Shown: piece by piece, positions 13,820 through 25,841 of the stretch | Numbering within the stretch: position 1 is the first letter of the stretch | How the letters are laid out: every line of letters starts with the position of its first letter | Source of the DNA: Arsenophonus sp. NC-PE1-MAG3 | GTDB lineage: Bacteria; Pseudomonadota; Gammaproteobacteria; Enterobacterales; Enterobacteriaceae | DNA length: 64,000 bases | Reading direction: 5' to 3' | Assembly (NCBI GenBank): GCA_052174455.1 | Contig: JBQMRP010000057.1 | Span: 42,778-106,777 of the forward strand | Position numbers and translations under genes: made by a program | Notes under the pieces: model-generated | Databases searched by the model: none | The model's input: only the letters and a program-made list of their open reading frames with translations | Told to the model about the DNA's origin: nothing

Positions 13820-15218
13820 GAGTTTATATAGTCATTTCTGGTGTATGGAGTTTCTGAGACCCTTGTGTATCCTGCTAATTAATTTAATGAATTATTTTAA
13901 TAAAATATTGATAATATACCATGAAAGTCTATCCTATAGGTATCTACGAAACTAGATATTACCTTGATCCCATTATATAAACTCATCTGTAATGGTGCCA
14001 GAAGTAGCTTATGGCGTCTCTGTTGAGGCAGAGTTTGAAGCTGTGCTTTTTGCGGGATAATGTGCCGCCATCGTATTGTCAAGGTGGTCTCATATAGACT
14101 ATACCATAACGGTTATTTTCACCATAAACTATACAGACGGGTATTCTCATTTTAAAATTAAATCAGCTAAGATTAGGAATTACAGCGGTAATAAAATATC
14201 CTTAAAGAGGTCGTTACTGCCTTATCTAAGGAGTAAAAAAAGCAGCAAGAGTTGGCTAATAGCTGTGTATCTGTAAAGTATCTCTACTAATGATTTAACA
14301 AAGCTATGATAACGATTCTTAGTAAGAAAGCACATACTCCCTCTGTAGTACCATCAGTAGATTGAAATAAGAATACCTTGAAGAGGTATTAATAATTGTA
14401 TCTGTCTGATTTAGCGATACACCTACCTTTATTTCTTATCTAAAGGCATATTCCAGTTTGTCAGGTAAATTGATCGCCTTTACTCACTACTTATTATTAG
14501 CGGCACTGCGGATGGACATAAGGATTTCATTATAAGTAAAATGCCTATAAAAAATTATAGCGAACTTAGCTAAACTTATTAATGACTTGGAGGAACGCGT
14601 TCTTAAGTAAATCTACAAAGCTTGCTACGGGGGAATATAGTGTTTGGTTTTGAATGAAATGGTAAAGATATTCCCGGATATGCAACACCAACACTATTGG
14701 GTACACAAAATAGCTAATCTACTGGTTTCACTTCCAAAAAGTATGCAATCAAAAGTTAATGGTGAGCTGCGGGATATTTAGCTAGCAGAGAATTATGATC
14801 CCACTGATAAAGTCCTTGATATTTTGTTGGCAAGGTTTTTAGCGAAGTTGTATACTGTAAGCGATAAAGAAATTAGAGAAAGATCGAGAAGAATAGCTAC
14901 TACCATACCATCCCACCCCTATGACTTCTTATCAGTGCACTGGGGTATCAAATAAGAACGACGAATCCGATTTGAGTTAAATTTTGAAATAGTTAGCCTA
15001 CAAATCTAATGCACGAAGCATTATGACTCAAGAAAAACAACCGTTTTAATGGTATTTTAGATATTCCTGTCTACTCATAAAACTGGAAACCGGCTAATAG
15101 AATTAGCTTTCTATTCATGATGGTAAACAAAATTCAATTTAAGAATAGAGAATAGATTCACAAAACATCAGGCTAGAACAGTATCCTGACTATCATATAT
15201 TAAATTTGTTAATAACTC
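13820..15218 (+). mobile_element. IS256-family element, near full length (about 1.4 kb), transposase destroyed
   Basis: Ends are GAGTTTAT..TCATTTCTGGTGTATGGAGTTTCTGAG and ...AAATTTGTTAATAACTC. Frameshifted translation from 14668 gives IFPDMQHQHYWVHKIANLLVSLPKSMQSKVNGELRDI and later YDFLSVHWGIK.ERRIRFE. These match the mutator-type (IS256 family) motifs QRCWVHK..N.L..LPK and FY.FP..HW..IRTTN.IES. Confidence 0.85.
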
Positions 15219-15450
15219 TTATTCAATGCAATGATTTTCTCTACAATTGCAGCAGCCTTAACAGCTAAAAAGATATGAGATCATATTTATACGTAGGTAT
15301 ATTTCTATTATATTTATATATATTTATTAGTCCAATTAGTAATAATTGTGTTCTATTTATAATCAATATTATCTTTCATATAAAAAATATCTAAAATAGA
15401 TAGAGTTATTAAATAACTTTCATTTTTTTTGCATATAACTTTAAATATTT

Positions 15451-15941
15451 ATGTCAGTACTAAATATAGTTCATTGCCCAGATGAACGTCTTTGCAAAGT
15501 TGCAGAACTGCTAAAAAGTTAATACAAAAATACAAAGTATCGTAAATGATATGTTTAAAACGATACATAAAGAAGAAAGGTATTGATTTAATCGAAACAC
15601 AGGGTTAATATTCATAAAGAAATCATTTCTAATGACATTTTGGAATTTTGTAATGAAAGTTGGTACTTGTAAATCCTTTTATCATAAAAACATCTACTAA
15701 AATGGGAATTAAAGAAGATTGCTTTTATACCGAACAACGTACATTTGTCCCTCATGCTAAATAGATCAAAATAAAAGCCTTAAATATAAATGGTAAATAA
15801 TTTGAATTAAAAATTAATGATCTACTTGCTATCTGTATTCAATATGAAATAGTTTATCTGAACAGCAAATTATTAATTGACTATCTTTCTGTATTAAAAT
15901 GCCAATATATTAGGCAGAAAATAAAAAACTTAAATGTCTAA
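15451..15941 (+). pseudogene. def: peptide deformylase pseudogene
   Basis: MSVLNIVHCPDERLCKVAE then a stop. Other frames give [100 protein letters not shown], colinear with E. coli Def. At least 3 frameshifts and many stops. The HEMDH metal-binding motif is now YEIVY. Confidence 0.9.
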
Positions 15942-15998
15942 AAGCAAAAAGAGCGAAAATAATAATTTTTGTATTTTATAATAAAGGGGTATCTTTAC

Positions 15999-16970
15999 GT
16001 GTCAGACTGTCTACGAATCATTTTTGCCGGCACCCCAGATTTTGCAGCACAACATTTAGCTGCATTACTTAATATCAAGGATAAATACAAAATTGTTGGT
16101 GTTCTAACACAACCTGATAAACCAATTGGAAGAGGGCGAAAACTCACATCAAGCCCAGTAAAAATGTTAGCTGTAAAAAAGAATATTCCTATTTTTCAGC
16201 CAACGACTCTAAAAATAGCAGAAAGTCAGTACTGGATTAAAAATCAACATGCCGATGTTATGGTTGTTGTTGCATATGGCCTAATTTTACCTGAAATTAT
16301 ATTAAATATGTTACCAATGGGCTGCCTTAATGTTCATGGTTCACTACTACCTCGCTGGAGAGGCGCTGCACCAATTCAACATTCAATTTTGGCTGGCGAT
16401 AAAGAAACAGGCATTACAATTATGCAAATGGATATTGGTTTAGATACAGGGGATACGCTCTATAAAGTAAGTTGCCCAATTGAACTAAAAGATACCAGCG
16501 TAACACTGTATCAAAAACTTGCAAAACTTAGCCCTATTGCACTCATACACACTCTTAATTTACTAACTTCAGGTCAAGCTAAACCAAAAAAGCAAAATAA
16601 TACATTTGCTAACTATTCTAAAAAACTAAATAAAGATGAAGCATTAATTGATTGGGCACTTTCGGCTGAACAAATTGAACGATGTATCCGAGCATTTAAT
16701 CCTTGGCCAGTAAGTTACTTTATTATTAAAGATCAATATATTAAAGTTTGGTATGCTGAAGTCATTTATTATGATATTGAGGCATCACCGGGAACAATTT
16801 TAAGTGCTGATAAAACAGGAATTAAAGTAGCAACTGCAAAAGGTATTTTAAATATCTTAAAAATACAACCGGCCGGTAAAAAAATAATGTTAGCTAGTGA
16901 CTTTTTAAATTCACGTCACGGATGGTTTCTTCCTGGCAAGATAATAAATTCACTATCGAAACTAAATTAA
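15999..16970 (+). CDS. fmt: methionyl-tRNA formyltransferase
   Basis: Colinear with E. coli Fmt from [17 protein letters not shown], with [17 protein letters not shown] intact. Probable GTG start at 15999 with AAGGGG 10 nt upstream. The tracked ORF starting at 15969 is an upstream extension. Confidence 0.93.
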   Translation: MSDCLRIIFAGTPDFAAQHLAALLNIKDKYKIVGVLTQPDKPIGRGRKLTSSPVKMLAVKKNIPIFQPTTLKIAESQYWIKNQHADVMVVVAYGLILPEIILNMLPMGCLNVHGSLLPRWRGAAPIQHSILAGDKETGITIMQMDIGLDTGDTLYKVSCPIELKDTSVTLYQKLAKLSPIALIHTLNLLTSGQAKPKKQNNTFANYSKKLNKDEALIDWALSAEQIERCIRAFNPWPVSYFIIKDQYIKVWYAEVIYYDIEASPGTILSADKTGIKVATAKGILNILKIQPAGKKIMLASDFLNSRHGWFLPGKIINSLSKLN

Positions 16971-17358
16971 AAATAAATTTTTTCTGGCATTTATAATTAA
17001 TGGGTAATTATTTCAATATAGATAAAAAATCTAATCTTAGAAGCATTTATGTCCAAGTTATTGGTAAGGTTATTAATAAAAAGAAATCATTAAGAACTAT
17101 ATTCTAAGACTAGAAAAATATATCAAATAAAGATAAAACACTTTTATAAATGCTCAGTTTTAGTGTACTTAGAGAGTGTTACCTTATAGAAATGCTTTAT
17201 TAAACAATTAACAACTAAACTATTAAAAAGAAAAAACGCATTATTTATTATTTTATAATAGTAGGAATTTACCAACTTCATTTTACTCGTATTTTCCCAA
17301 TGCTACATTAGTACAACTGTTTGTTATACTATTATACTGAGTTATACTATTATATACT

Positions 17359-18759
17359 GAGTTATATTAATTTTAATGTATAGAGTTTCGGAGATGGCGA
17401 CATATCATACTACTTATTAATTTCGTGAGTAATTTCAACAACAGAAAGATATGTGCCATAAAATTTAGCCTTACAAATATCCGCAAAATCAGATATTACC
17501 GTAATTCCTTTCACGAACTTATCCATAATTGTAATGTATCAGGAAAAATTAATATAACCGTTATTTAATAAGGAGATTAAAATCATGCTGCTAAAATATA
17601 ATTAACGCCGACTTGTTGGCGGGGCGCCCCTATACCATCATCCGTAATATTTTGCTACAGCAAAGAATATAAAATAAAAGTATTGGCAATGTTGAGATTA
17701 AAGTATCTAAGGTTAAAATGAGATCATAGAGGCAACAGAATTTATTTCAAAAGTTCATTGCTACCGCCTTATTTGAAGCGTACAAAGCGACGAAGAGATT
17801 TTTCTAACATTGCTGTTTATAAATATTCACCTGTGATTTTTACTAAGATCTGGGAGCGCATTTTTTGATAAAAAGCATACGATCTCCTCTATAGGACCAT
17901 TAACAGAATGAAATAGGAATGGCTTGAAGCATATAGGAATAATAGGTGATTGCGCAATTTAATCAATACGCGTTATGTTTATTTCTTAGCCAATAGCATA
18001 TACCATTCTGTTAGGCAAGCTCATCGCCTATTCCTACTGATTATTATAAACGGGACTGTATAAATAACAAAGATCTTATTTCAGTTGAATATACTTATCG
18101 AGAGTCAGAAGCAACCTGAATCGAACTTTTGGATAGCCGCGCAAGCGTTGTACCACTTAATCATATTTACTGATTTTCTACGAAAGACAGTGCCTTAGTT
18201 CTTGGAATGCAATAGCAAAAATATTCTATTATACACAGAAGTAATGTTATTGGGTAAAAAAACAAACGGTTAATTTACTGCCTTTACTCTCAAAAGGCAT
18301 TGGAATCAAAAGTTAAAACTTGAGTTATAGGAGCTCTGGCTAGCAGAGAGTCGTGATATAGATAATAAAACCCTTAATGTTTTTTGCAAAGTTTTCAGCA
18401 TATCCTGCAGCGATGAAGAAACTGAAGAAAGATGGAGAATAATGGCTAGCATTCTGTACCTTCCCCTCAGTGAACATTGGTGTCAATAAGAGTGATGAAT
18501 TCAATTTAATCGGTTTTTAACGATAGTTAAACTATAAAGCTGACGCACGAAGAATTATCTAAGCACTAAAGTTAAAAATAACCTTTTCAAGGGTATTTAA
18601 TCTACTCCTTTCTTTTCAAGAAAGCTGGAACTAACTGATAGAATCCCAACCTTTACCATAAATGGTAAACAACGTCTAATTTAAGGATAGAGAATAAGTT
18701 TACAAATTGTCAGAGTGCAACCTATTCTAACCGTCATACACTAAATTTAGTGATAACTC
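17359..18759 (+). mobile_element. IS256-family element (about 1.4 kb), decayed, inserted in rsmB
   Basis: Ends are GAGTTATATTAATTTTAATGTATAGAGTTTCGGAG and ...AAATTTAGTGATAACTC. The flanking rsmB sequence shows a degenerate 8-bp repeat (TATATACT / ATCACACT). Confidence 0.85.
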
Positions 18760-19275
18760 ATCACACTAAAATAATCTCAATTTAAAGGCTGAATTAAATA
18801 ATTATTAAGATAATCTTAACAGCAAAACAAAACATTAAATACAAATTCAATAATTATGTAAATAATTTATTTACATAATAAATGGCTATTAGAAAAAATT
18901 TAGCAAATCTATTCTTCTTAAGAAGAATAGATTCTTGCAGCCAATAATCAAAATTACCTATGTGACTAAGAATAAATAAATTGTATCATTCCATTTATGA
19001 TTATCTAATTCTATTAGAACAAGTAGGTATAGATAGTAATTTAACTAAAGACAGTAAATTCGCTATAAAATTATAAAAACCATGCGCGATTAATCAATTA
19101 CTAAACTTTAATCAAAGTTAAATCACAATTTAAAATTTATCTGCTAAATAATGCGTTAAATTATTAACGCTTAAATTATTAATACATTCTTGATCTTTGC
19201 GCAGTTTTAAAAGGTAGTAAATAATTTACATACTAGAACTTGTTCTGAAAGTTGATATTTAATGATTATAAACTA

Positions 19276-20495
19276 GAGTTATCAAGAAATCTAGTGTATT
19301 ATGTGATCAACCTTACCGTCACTCTAATGCTTCGTAAATCTATTCTCCATCCTTAAATTAAAGTGTTGCTTAGCACCAAGGGTTTTAAATAAATTAAATT
19401 CCATTAAGCTGGTTCTAGCCTTTTTTAGCTCATGGGAGCGAAACTTAGATACTATAAATAGTTATTTTTTTGAACTTACAGTCCTTCGCGCATTAACTTC
19501 GTATCCCACTCAGTATCGTTAAAAACTGATTCAATCGGATTCATCGTTCTTATGATGCCCAATACAGCTGACGGGAAGGCATAGAATACCAACCGTTCTT
19601 ATTTTCTCTTTCTCTAACTTCTTGATCACTGCAGAGTACGCTGAAAACTTTGCCAACAATATATCAATGGATTTATTAGCGGGATCATACCTCTCTGCTA
19701 GACAAATCTTCTGAAGATTACCATTAACTTTCGGTGTTGGATACCTTTTTAGAGTAAATCCAGCACATTAGCTGTTTGTTTTTATTTACCCAATAACATT
19801 GCTTCTGCGTATACTGGAATATCTTTACTATTGCATTCCAAAAACAAAGGGCACTGTCTCTCGTAGAAAATCAGTAAATATAGTTAAGCGGCACAACGAA
19901 CATGGCCATCTAGAAGATCGGGTCAGTTTACTTTTAATTCTCAATAAGCATCTTCGGTGCAACGAACCCCTTATATCCATGCGCAGTAACGCCAATAATG
20001 AGCAGCAGGAAAAGTCGATCATCTTGCCTGATAAGGCGATAATATGCCATTGGCCAAGAAATAAACGTAGGTGCAATCACTCAAATTACACAGCTACCAT
20101 TACCTTGCACTTCTTCAATCTATTACTATTTCAGTCTACTGATGATATTACAAGACAGGAAACCCATGTGCTTTTCATCGAAAAAACGCTAAGAGTTTTA
20201 TGAAAATCACCAACGGATGAGAGTTAACCGCCAATCTATAAGGAAGCATTTAACATATTACTACAACCGTGACTTCAAGTTAAGCCACGCCTCAACAAAC
20301 GGTGCCTATCAGATTTCTTGCATAATTAAATATGAGTTTATACAAGGGATTATAGGTAATATTTGATTTCACGAATACCTCTAAGGTAGACTTTTTCATA
20401 GCATATCATCTTCTATTGTTAACATAATGTACGAAATCAATCAGCTGAATACAACAGCATCTCTGAAACTCCATACACCAAAAATAAGAATAACT
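19276..20495 (-). mobile_element. IS256-family element (about 1.2 kb), decayed, inserted in rsmB
   Basis: The plus strand starts GAGTTATCAAGAAATCTAG and ends ...CTCTGAAACTCCATACACCAAAAATAAGAATAACTC. Possible duplication ATAAACTA / ATGAACTA. Confidence 0.85.
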
Positions 20496-20997
20496 CGATG
20501 AACTATAAATAAAACGTATCTAAGAAAATCTTAATCGACTAAAATTACATGCAAGAGTTACTGTAGTGATGAACATAGTAGATCAGTAGAATAGATATTA
20601 GGTGCGAAATTTAATCATCTATTGCTAGCTGATGTTTACTCTAAGAGAGATATCATTCATAAATATCTAGATATAAAATGGTTAAGAAAATCTACAGATA
20701 TACATTAATTAGTTAAATTATAATATGAAATTCTAAAATCTATCTGGTATTGTTAAATAACTAATAGCATCTTTTGGTTTATACAACTTGCTCTATTTTA
20801 CTAGATGAAACAAATAACGAATCCAGAAATTTCTTTTTCTTCATCCTTATGCTTCTTTAAATAAGAATATAGGAACTAGGCCAACAATATTACCTACCCA
20901 ACATGGGAGGAGATCGGTTTCTTTTATTCTTCTTTAATAAAATATTAACATTACTATTTTAAATAAATACTCAATCTAGCAGTAAAATAAAAATATA

Positions 20998-22374
20998 ATG
21001 AAAATTATTATATTAGGTGCAGGACAAGTTGGTGAAACACTAGCAGAAAATTTAGTTGACGAAAATAACGATATTACTATCGTAGATACTAATACTGAAC
21101 GTTTACGCCAGTTACAAGATAAATTCGACCTAAGAGTTGTCAGTGGGCATGGCTCATACCCTAGAGTTCTAAGAGAAGCTGGAGCTAAAGATGCTGATAT
21201 GCTAGTTGCTGTGACAAATTCAGATGAAACTAATATGATTGCATGTCAAATTGCTTATTCTATTTTTAAGACACCAAATAAAGTTGCTAGAATACGTGCA
21301 CCTGAATATATCAAAGAAACTAAAAAACTTTTTACCCCTGATCACATACCAATTGATTATCTTATTTCACCAGAACAGCTTGTCATTGACAATATTTATA
21401 AATTAATTCAATATCCTGGTGCACTCCAGGTTGTTAATTTCGCAAGTGGTAAAGTAAGCATTGTTGCAGTAAAAGCCTATTATGGAGGTTCATTAGTAGG
21501 AAATCCCCTTTTAAATCTACGCGAACATTTACCACATATTGATACCCGAGTTGCTGCAATATTTCGTCAAAACAGACCCATTCGACCACAGGGATCTACA
21601 ATTATTGAAGCAGGAGATGAAATTTTCTTTGTTGTTACCCCTGAACATATTCGTGCTGTTATGAGTGAATTACAACGACTAGAGAAACCTTATAAGCGAA
21701 TTATGATAGTTGGTGGTGGTAATATTGGTGCTGGTTTAGCAAAACAGTTAGAAAAAGATTACAGCGTTAAATTAATAGAACGTGATCAAGAAAGAGCAAC
21801 AGAATTAGCAGAATTATTACATGATACAATCGTGTTTTATGGTGATGCTTCTGATCAAGAGCTATTAGCAGAAGAACATATTGAGCAAATAGATGTTTTT
21901 ATATCGCTAACTAATGATGATGAAGCTAATATTATGTCAGCTATGCTTGCTAAAAAAATGGGGGCAAAGAAAGCAATGGTTCTTATTCAGCGTTCTGCTT
22001 ATATTGATCTTGTACAAGGAGGAGTCATTGATATCGCTATATCACCTCAACAAGCAACAATTTCTGCTTTACTAAGACATGTTCGTAAAGCGGACATAAT
22101 TAATGTTTCATCCTTGCGTAAAGGTGTTGCTGAAGCAATAGAAGCTATTGCTCACGGTAATGAAAACACATCCAAAGTTGTTGGTAGAACAATTTCAGAA
22201 ATAAAGCTTCCTCGAGGCACAATCATCAGTGCTATCGTTCGTGATGATGAAGTTATTATTGCGAATAGCTATCATATTATTAAACAATATGATCACATTA
22301 TTATGTTCATTACTGATAAAAAACATGTTCCTGAAGTAGAAAAGATTTTCCAACCTAGCCCATTATTTTTATAA
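20998..22374 (+). CDS. trkA: Trk potassium uptake system NAD-binding protein TrkA
   Basis: 458 aa, [32 protein letters not shown]..., colinear with E. coli TrkA (two RCK modules). Confidence 0.96.
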   Translation: MKIIILGAGQVGETLAENLVDENNDITIVDTNTERLRQLQDKFDLRVVSGHGSYPRVLREAGAKDADMLVAVTNSDETNMIACQIAYSIFKTPNKVARIRAPEYIKETKKLFTPDHIPIDYLISPEQLVIDNIYKLIQYPGALQVVNFASGKVSIVAVKAYYGGSLVGNPLLNLREHLPHIDTRVAAIFRQNRPIRPQGSTIIEAGDEIFFVVTPEHIRAVMSELQRLEKPYKRIMIVGGGNIGAGLAKQLEKDYSVKLIERDQERATELAELLHDTIVFYGDASDQELLAEEHIEQIDVFISLTNDDEANIMSAMLAKKMGAKKAMVLIQRSAYIDLVQGGVIDIAISPQQATISALLRHVRKADIINVSSLRKGVAEAIEAIAHGNENTSKVVGRTISEIKLPRGTIISAIVRDDEVIIANSYHIIKQYDHIIMFITDKKHVPEVEKIFQPSPLFL

Positions 22375-22392
22375 ATAATTTTGATAAACATA

Positions 22393-23774
22393 GAGTTATT
22401 AGGAATCTGTTGTATAACAATTAAATTACGTTCTACTATGATTCTCATAAATCTGTTCTTCTCCTTAAATTAGGCGTTTTTACTAGCAGGATCCAATAGG
22501 GGGTCAAAATCCACTGACTGATTCCAGCTTTTTTAGCAGAAGGGAATCAAATTAAATACCATTGAAAGGGTTGTTTTCTGCAATTATAGCGCTTTATATC
22601 TCAGCTTCATAAGCTGACCTGTCGTAAAATCAATTCAATTAGATTCGTCGTTCTTATTGAGACCATAGTGCGTTGACGGAGAACCGTAGAATGCCAGTAG
22701 TTTTTTTGATTATTATCCAATTTCTCATCGCTGGATGGTATCCAGAAAACCTTACCAATAAAATATCAAGTACTTTATTAGCGAGATCATGACTATTTGG
22801 TAGTTATAACTCCCTAAGCTCACCTTAACTTTCAATTACATATCTTTATGGAGTGAAAGTAGTACATTAACTATTTTTATACTCAATAGACGTTGTTTCT
22901 GTATATCCGGGAACATCTTTACTATTGCATTCCAAAACTAAGATGGGCACCGCTTTCCGTAGAAAGCTTGGAAATGTAACTAAGTAACACGACCCTAGAT
23001 CATTAAGATAATAAACTTACTTTGCTTCTGTTTATCGATAACCATTTTCTGATCACAGCTAGCTTATTTTGCCCATGCATTATCGTTATAATGAAATATC
23101 AGGCAAAGACGATCAGCTTGCCTGATAGAACGGCATAATGTCTTTTGCTAAAAAATAAACGTAATCCGTATAGCTTAAAATTACACAACTGTCATTACTT
23201 GTATGCTCTTAAAGTTATTCTTATTTCAGTTTGCTTATGGCGTTTGGCAATAGAAATCATGTGTTTTTTATCGAAAAACGCCCAAGAGCTTCATAAAAAA
23301 TTATAGGTAGGAGGAGGTGCCTTGCAAGTATAAATTATAGATAGTAACTTTTTGACTATTTTGCACGCTTTAAATAAGGCGGAAGAAAAAGTTTTAGAAA
23401 TATATTCCGTTTCCACTGCAATTCTATAAACCTTAAGCAATTTAATCTCAAAACTGCCATAGCAGTTTATATGATTTGTTATGAAAAAAACCGTTACGGA
23501 TGAGAACATAATCCGTAGACAAGCGGTATTAACATGTTGTCCAGTCCATGGCTTCGAGCACAGCCTCAACAGCAAGGCCTAATCAACTGCCTGTCACCAT
23601 TACGGATGAGTTTATGGAAAAGAGCAGAAGTAATATTTGGTTTTTTTGGATATCTGTAATGATAGATTTTTCATGGGATATCACCTCTCTGTTGTCGAAA
23701 TCATTTACAAAATCAATTGGTAGAATACAGCCAGCATACTCGAAATCTAATATACCAAAATTTAAATATAACTC
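22393..23774 (-). mobile_element. IS256-family element (about 1.38 kb), decayed
   Basis: Starts GAGTTATTAGGAATCTG 19 nt after the trkA stop and ends ...AAATATAACTC. Colinear with the other copies. Confidence 0.85.
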
Positions 23775-23989
23775 TTAAATTAATGTTAAATTTGATTCTT
23801 TTCGTGGATGATGAATTATTATCGCATTAACATATTCAATTTACTCATGTAAATGAAAAGACAATTTATCTGCAATAAAATTGCTTGATGTAATAAAACA
23901 TAAACTCATTATATTAATTGATTTAAATTATCTTTATTTATTATAAATAAATACATTTCAACCAATTATTTTTATTGCTGGTAAAAAAA

Positions 23990-24272
23990 GAGTTATATTA
24001 ATTTCTGGTATATGGAATTTTTGAGATGTTGACGTATCCTGTGATGATTAATTTCATAAATTATTTCAATAATATAAAGATAATATACCATAAAAATTTT
24101 ATCCTTACAAGTATCAGCAAACCAGGAATTATCTGTGATCCATTACATGAATTTGTCCGTAATCTGCCAAGTAGTTGATAGTCGGAGATGTTAAAAATGA
24201 TAGAGAATAGATTTATGAAGCATCAGAGTGGAGCGGATCCTGATCATCATAAAGCAGATTTGTTAATAACTC
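23990..24272 (+). mobile_element. IS256-family internal-deletion derivative (283 bp) retaining both termini
   Basis: About 200 bp of the left end (GAGTTATATTAATTTCTGGTATATGGAATTTTTGAG...) joined to about 85 bp of the right end (...GATAGAGAATAGATTTATGAAGCATCAGAG...GCAGATTTGTTAATAACTC). Confidence 0.75.
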
Positions 24273-24414
24273 TGAATATACTAGTAACTAATTATTTTTA
24301 AATAGTAATCATTACTGATTACTAATTAATGATTAATTAAAGTTTTCTATAGTTATTTTATTGTTGATAACATTGATTGGTTTATAATTATTGATGCTTT
24401 AAGTGGATTTTTCA

Positions 24415-25662
24415 ATGAATTATTCAAAACACGGTTTTTCACGACGACGTCTTTTTCAGAGTGCAGTAGCTACTATGTTGTTAAGCATTAGTCCATTTGG
24501 GGTAGCCTTATCTTCAAATATAATCGCTATTCGTATCTGGCCTGCCTCTAGTTATACTCGAGTAACGTTAGAATCGAATATCGCTTTAAAATATCATCAA
24601 TTTACTTTATCTGTACCTGATCGTATTGTTGTAGATTTAAAAAATACGCAGTTAAATAATGTTTTACAGGGTATTAGCCAGCAAATAAATTCACGTGATC
24701 CTTATCTAAAGTTAGTTAGAGTAGGGCAATTTAATCAAAAAACGATTCGATTAGTTTTTGAAATAAAAACTTATGTTGATACAAAAATATTTACTATTGC
24801 GCCTGTCGCTGGTTTTAAACATCGATTAGTTGTTGATTTTTATCCTGCTTCTGCTGTTTACACTGATAATGATCCGTTATTAGCGCTATTAACAGATTAC
24901 AATAAAGGTAAATTGGATAATACATTGCCAGTTAAAACAAAAAATCCATATAAAACAGGGAGAAATAGACCGATTATTATCATGATCGATCCTGGTCATG
25001 GTGGAGAAGATCCTGGTGCTATAGGAAAATATAAAACTCAGGAAAAAGATATCGTATTGCAAATTGCGCGGCGATTAAAAATATTAATTAATCGTGAATC
25101 TAAGATGAAAGTTTATATAACTCGTAATGAAGATGTATTTATTCCTTTAAAAGTCAGGATCAAAAAAGCGCGAAAAATTCAGGCTGATTTATTTGTTTCT
25201 ATTCATGCTGACGCCTTTACTAATCGTAAAGCAAGAGGTTCTTCAGTATTTGCATTATCGATCATAGGAGCAACTAGTAATACCGCCCGTTATTTAGCTC
25301 AAACACAGAATGAAGCAGACCTAATTGGTGGTATCAGCAAAAGTGGTGATAAATATCTTGATCACACCATCTTTGATTTAATTCAGACGGCAACTATTAA
25401 TGATAGTTTAAAATTTGGTATAGAAGTGCTTAAACGAATGCGTAACGTTAACAAATTACATAAGAACATTGTTGATCAAGCGGGTTTTGCTATATTAAAA
25501 GCGCCAGACATTCCGTCCATTCTTATTGAAACTGCTTTTATTAGTAATATTGAAGAAGAACGAAAACTAAAAACAGTAAAATTCCAACAGCAGATGGCAG
25601 AATCTATTTTTTGGGGTATTAAAGCTTATTTTAAGAATGGCAGAAAACTAGCTTTGCATTAA
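24415..25662 (+). CDS. amiC: N-acetylmuramoyl-L-alanine amidase AmiC (Tat-exported)
   Basis: [23 protein letters not shown] (twin-arginine signal), then [17 protein letters not shown] (AMIN domain) and [15 protein letters not shown]...SIHADAF (amidase_3), colinear with E. coli AmiC. The tracked ORF begins at an upstream GTG (24403). Confidence 0.92.
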   Translation: MNYSKHGFSRRRLFQSAVATMLLSISPFGVALSSNIIAIRIWPASSYTRVTLESNIALKYHQFTLSVPDRIVVDLKNTQLNNVLQGISQQINSRDPYLKLVRVGQFNQKTIRLVFEIKTYVDTKIFTIAPVAGFKHRLVVDFYPASAVYTDNDPLLALLTDYNKGKLDNTLPVKTKNPYKTGRNRPIIIMIDPGHGGEDPGAIGKYKTQEKDIVLQIARRLKILINRESKMKVYITRNEDVFIPLKVRIKKARKIQADLFVSIHADAFTNRKARGSSVFALSIIGATSNTARYLAQTQNEADLIGGISKSGDKYLDHTIFDLIQTATINDSLKFGIEVLKRMRNVNKLHKNIVDQAGFAILKAPDIPSILIETAFISNIEEERKLKTVKFQQQMAESIFWGIKAYFKNGRKLALH

Positions 25663-25730
25663 GTAAATTAATTAGATAAAGAATAATCTTTCTAGAGACT
25701 AATTTGATATTAAATAAAAGCTGTTGGATA

Positions 25731-25805
25731 GGTTGTCGGGGCCGGATTTAAATTGATGATATTCGGGTTATAAGTCTAATGAACTGCCAAGATGCTACAT
25801 TCGCG
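25731..25805 (-). pseudogene. initiator tRNA-fMet pseudogene
   Basis: The minus strand reads CGCGAATGTAGCATCTTGGCAGTTCATTAGACTTATAACCCGAATATCATCAATTTAAATCCGGCCCCGACAACC. E. coli tRNA-fMet reads CGCGGGGTGGAGCAGCCTGGTAGCTCGTCGGGCTCATAACCCGAAGGTCGTCGGTTCAAATCCGGCCCCCGCAACCA. The anticodon CAT is now TAT, and the acceptor, D, anticodon and T stems no longer pair. From memory, metZWV lie next to amiC in E. coli. Confidence 0.7.
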
Positions 25806-25841
25806 TTTGATAATGGCTCATTATACTCAGGATCAGATCTG

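Larger units (their letters stand above)
17000..20940 (+). pseudogene. rsmB: 16S rRNA m5C967 methyltransferase pseudogene in three pieces (17000-17358, 18760-19275, 20496-20940)
   Basis: Piece 1 reads KKSNLRSIYVQVIGKV...DKTLL.MLSFSVLR...IIVGIYQLHFTRIFP. Piece 2 reads PM.LRINKLYHSIYDYLILLEQVGI...ILDLCA. Piece 3 reads NLNRLKLHARVTVV...DIIHKYLDIKWLRK...LYNLLYFTR. All are colinear with E. coli RsmB and in the fmt-rsmB-trkA order. Many stops; interrupted by two IS256 copies. Confidence 0.85.

Noticed and set aside
15969-15998. N-terminal extension of fmt ([10 protein letters not shown]) in the tracked ORF, and the similar 15-codon extension of sufC (37824-37868).
   Set aside because: The E. coli homologues start at the internal positions. 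The internal fmt start has a better RBS, and the sufC extension has no homology support.
25731-25805. Functional tRNA gene.
   Set aside because: The acceptor, D, anticodon and T stems cannot pair and the anticodon is mutated. It is reported as a pseudogene instead.
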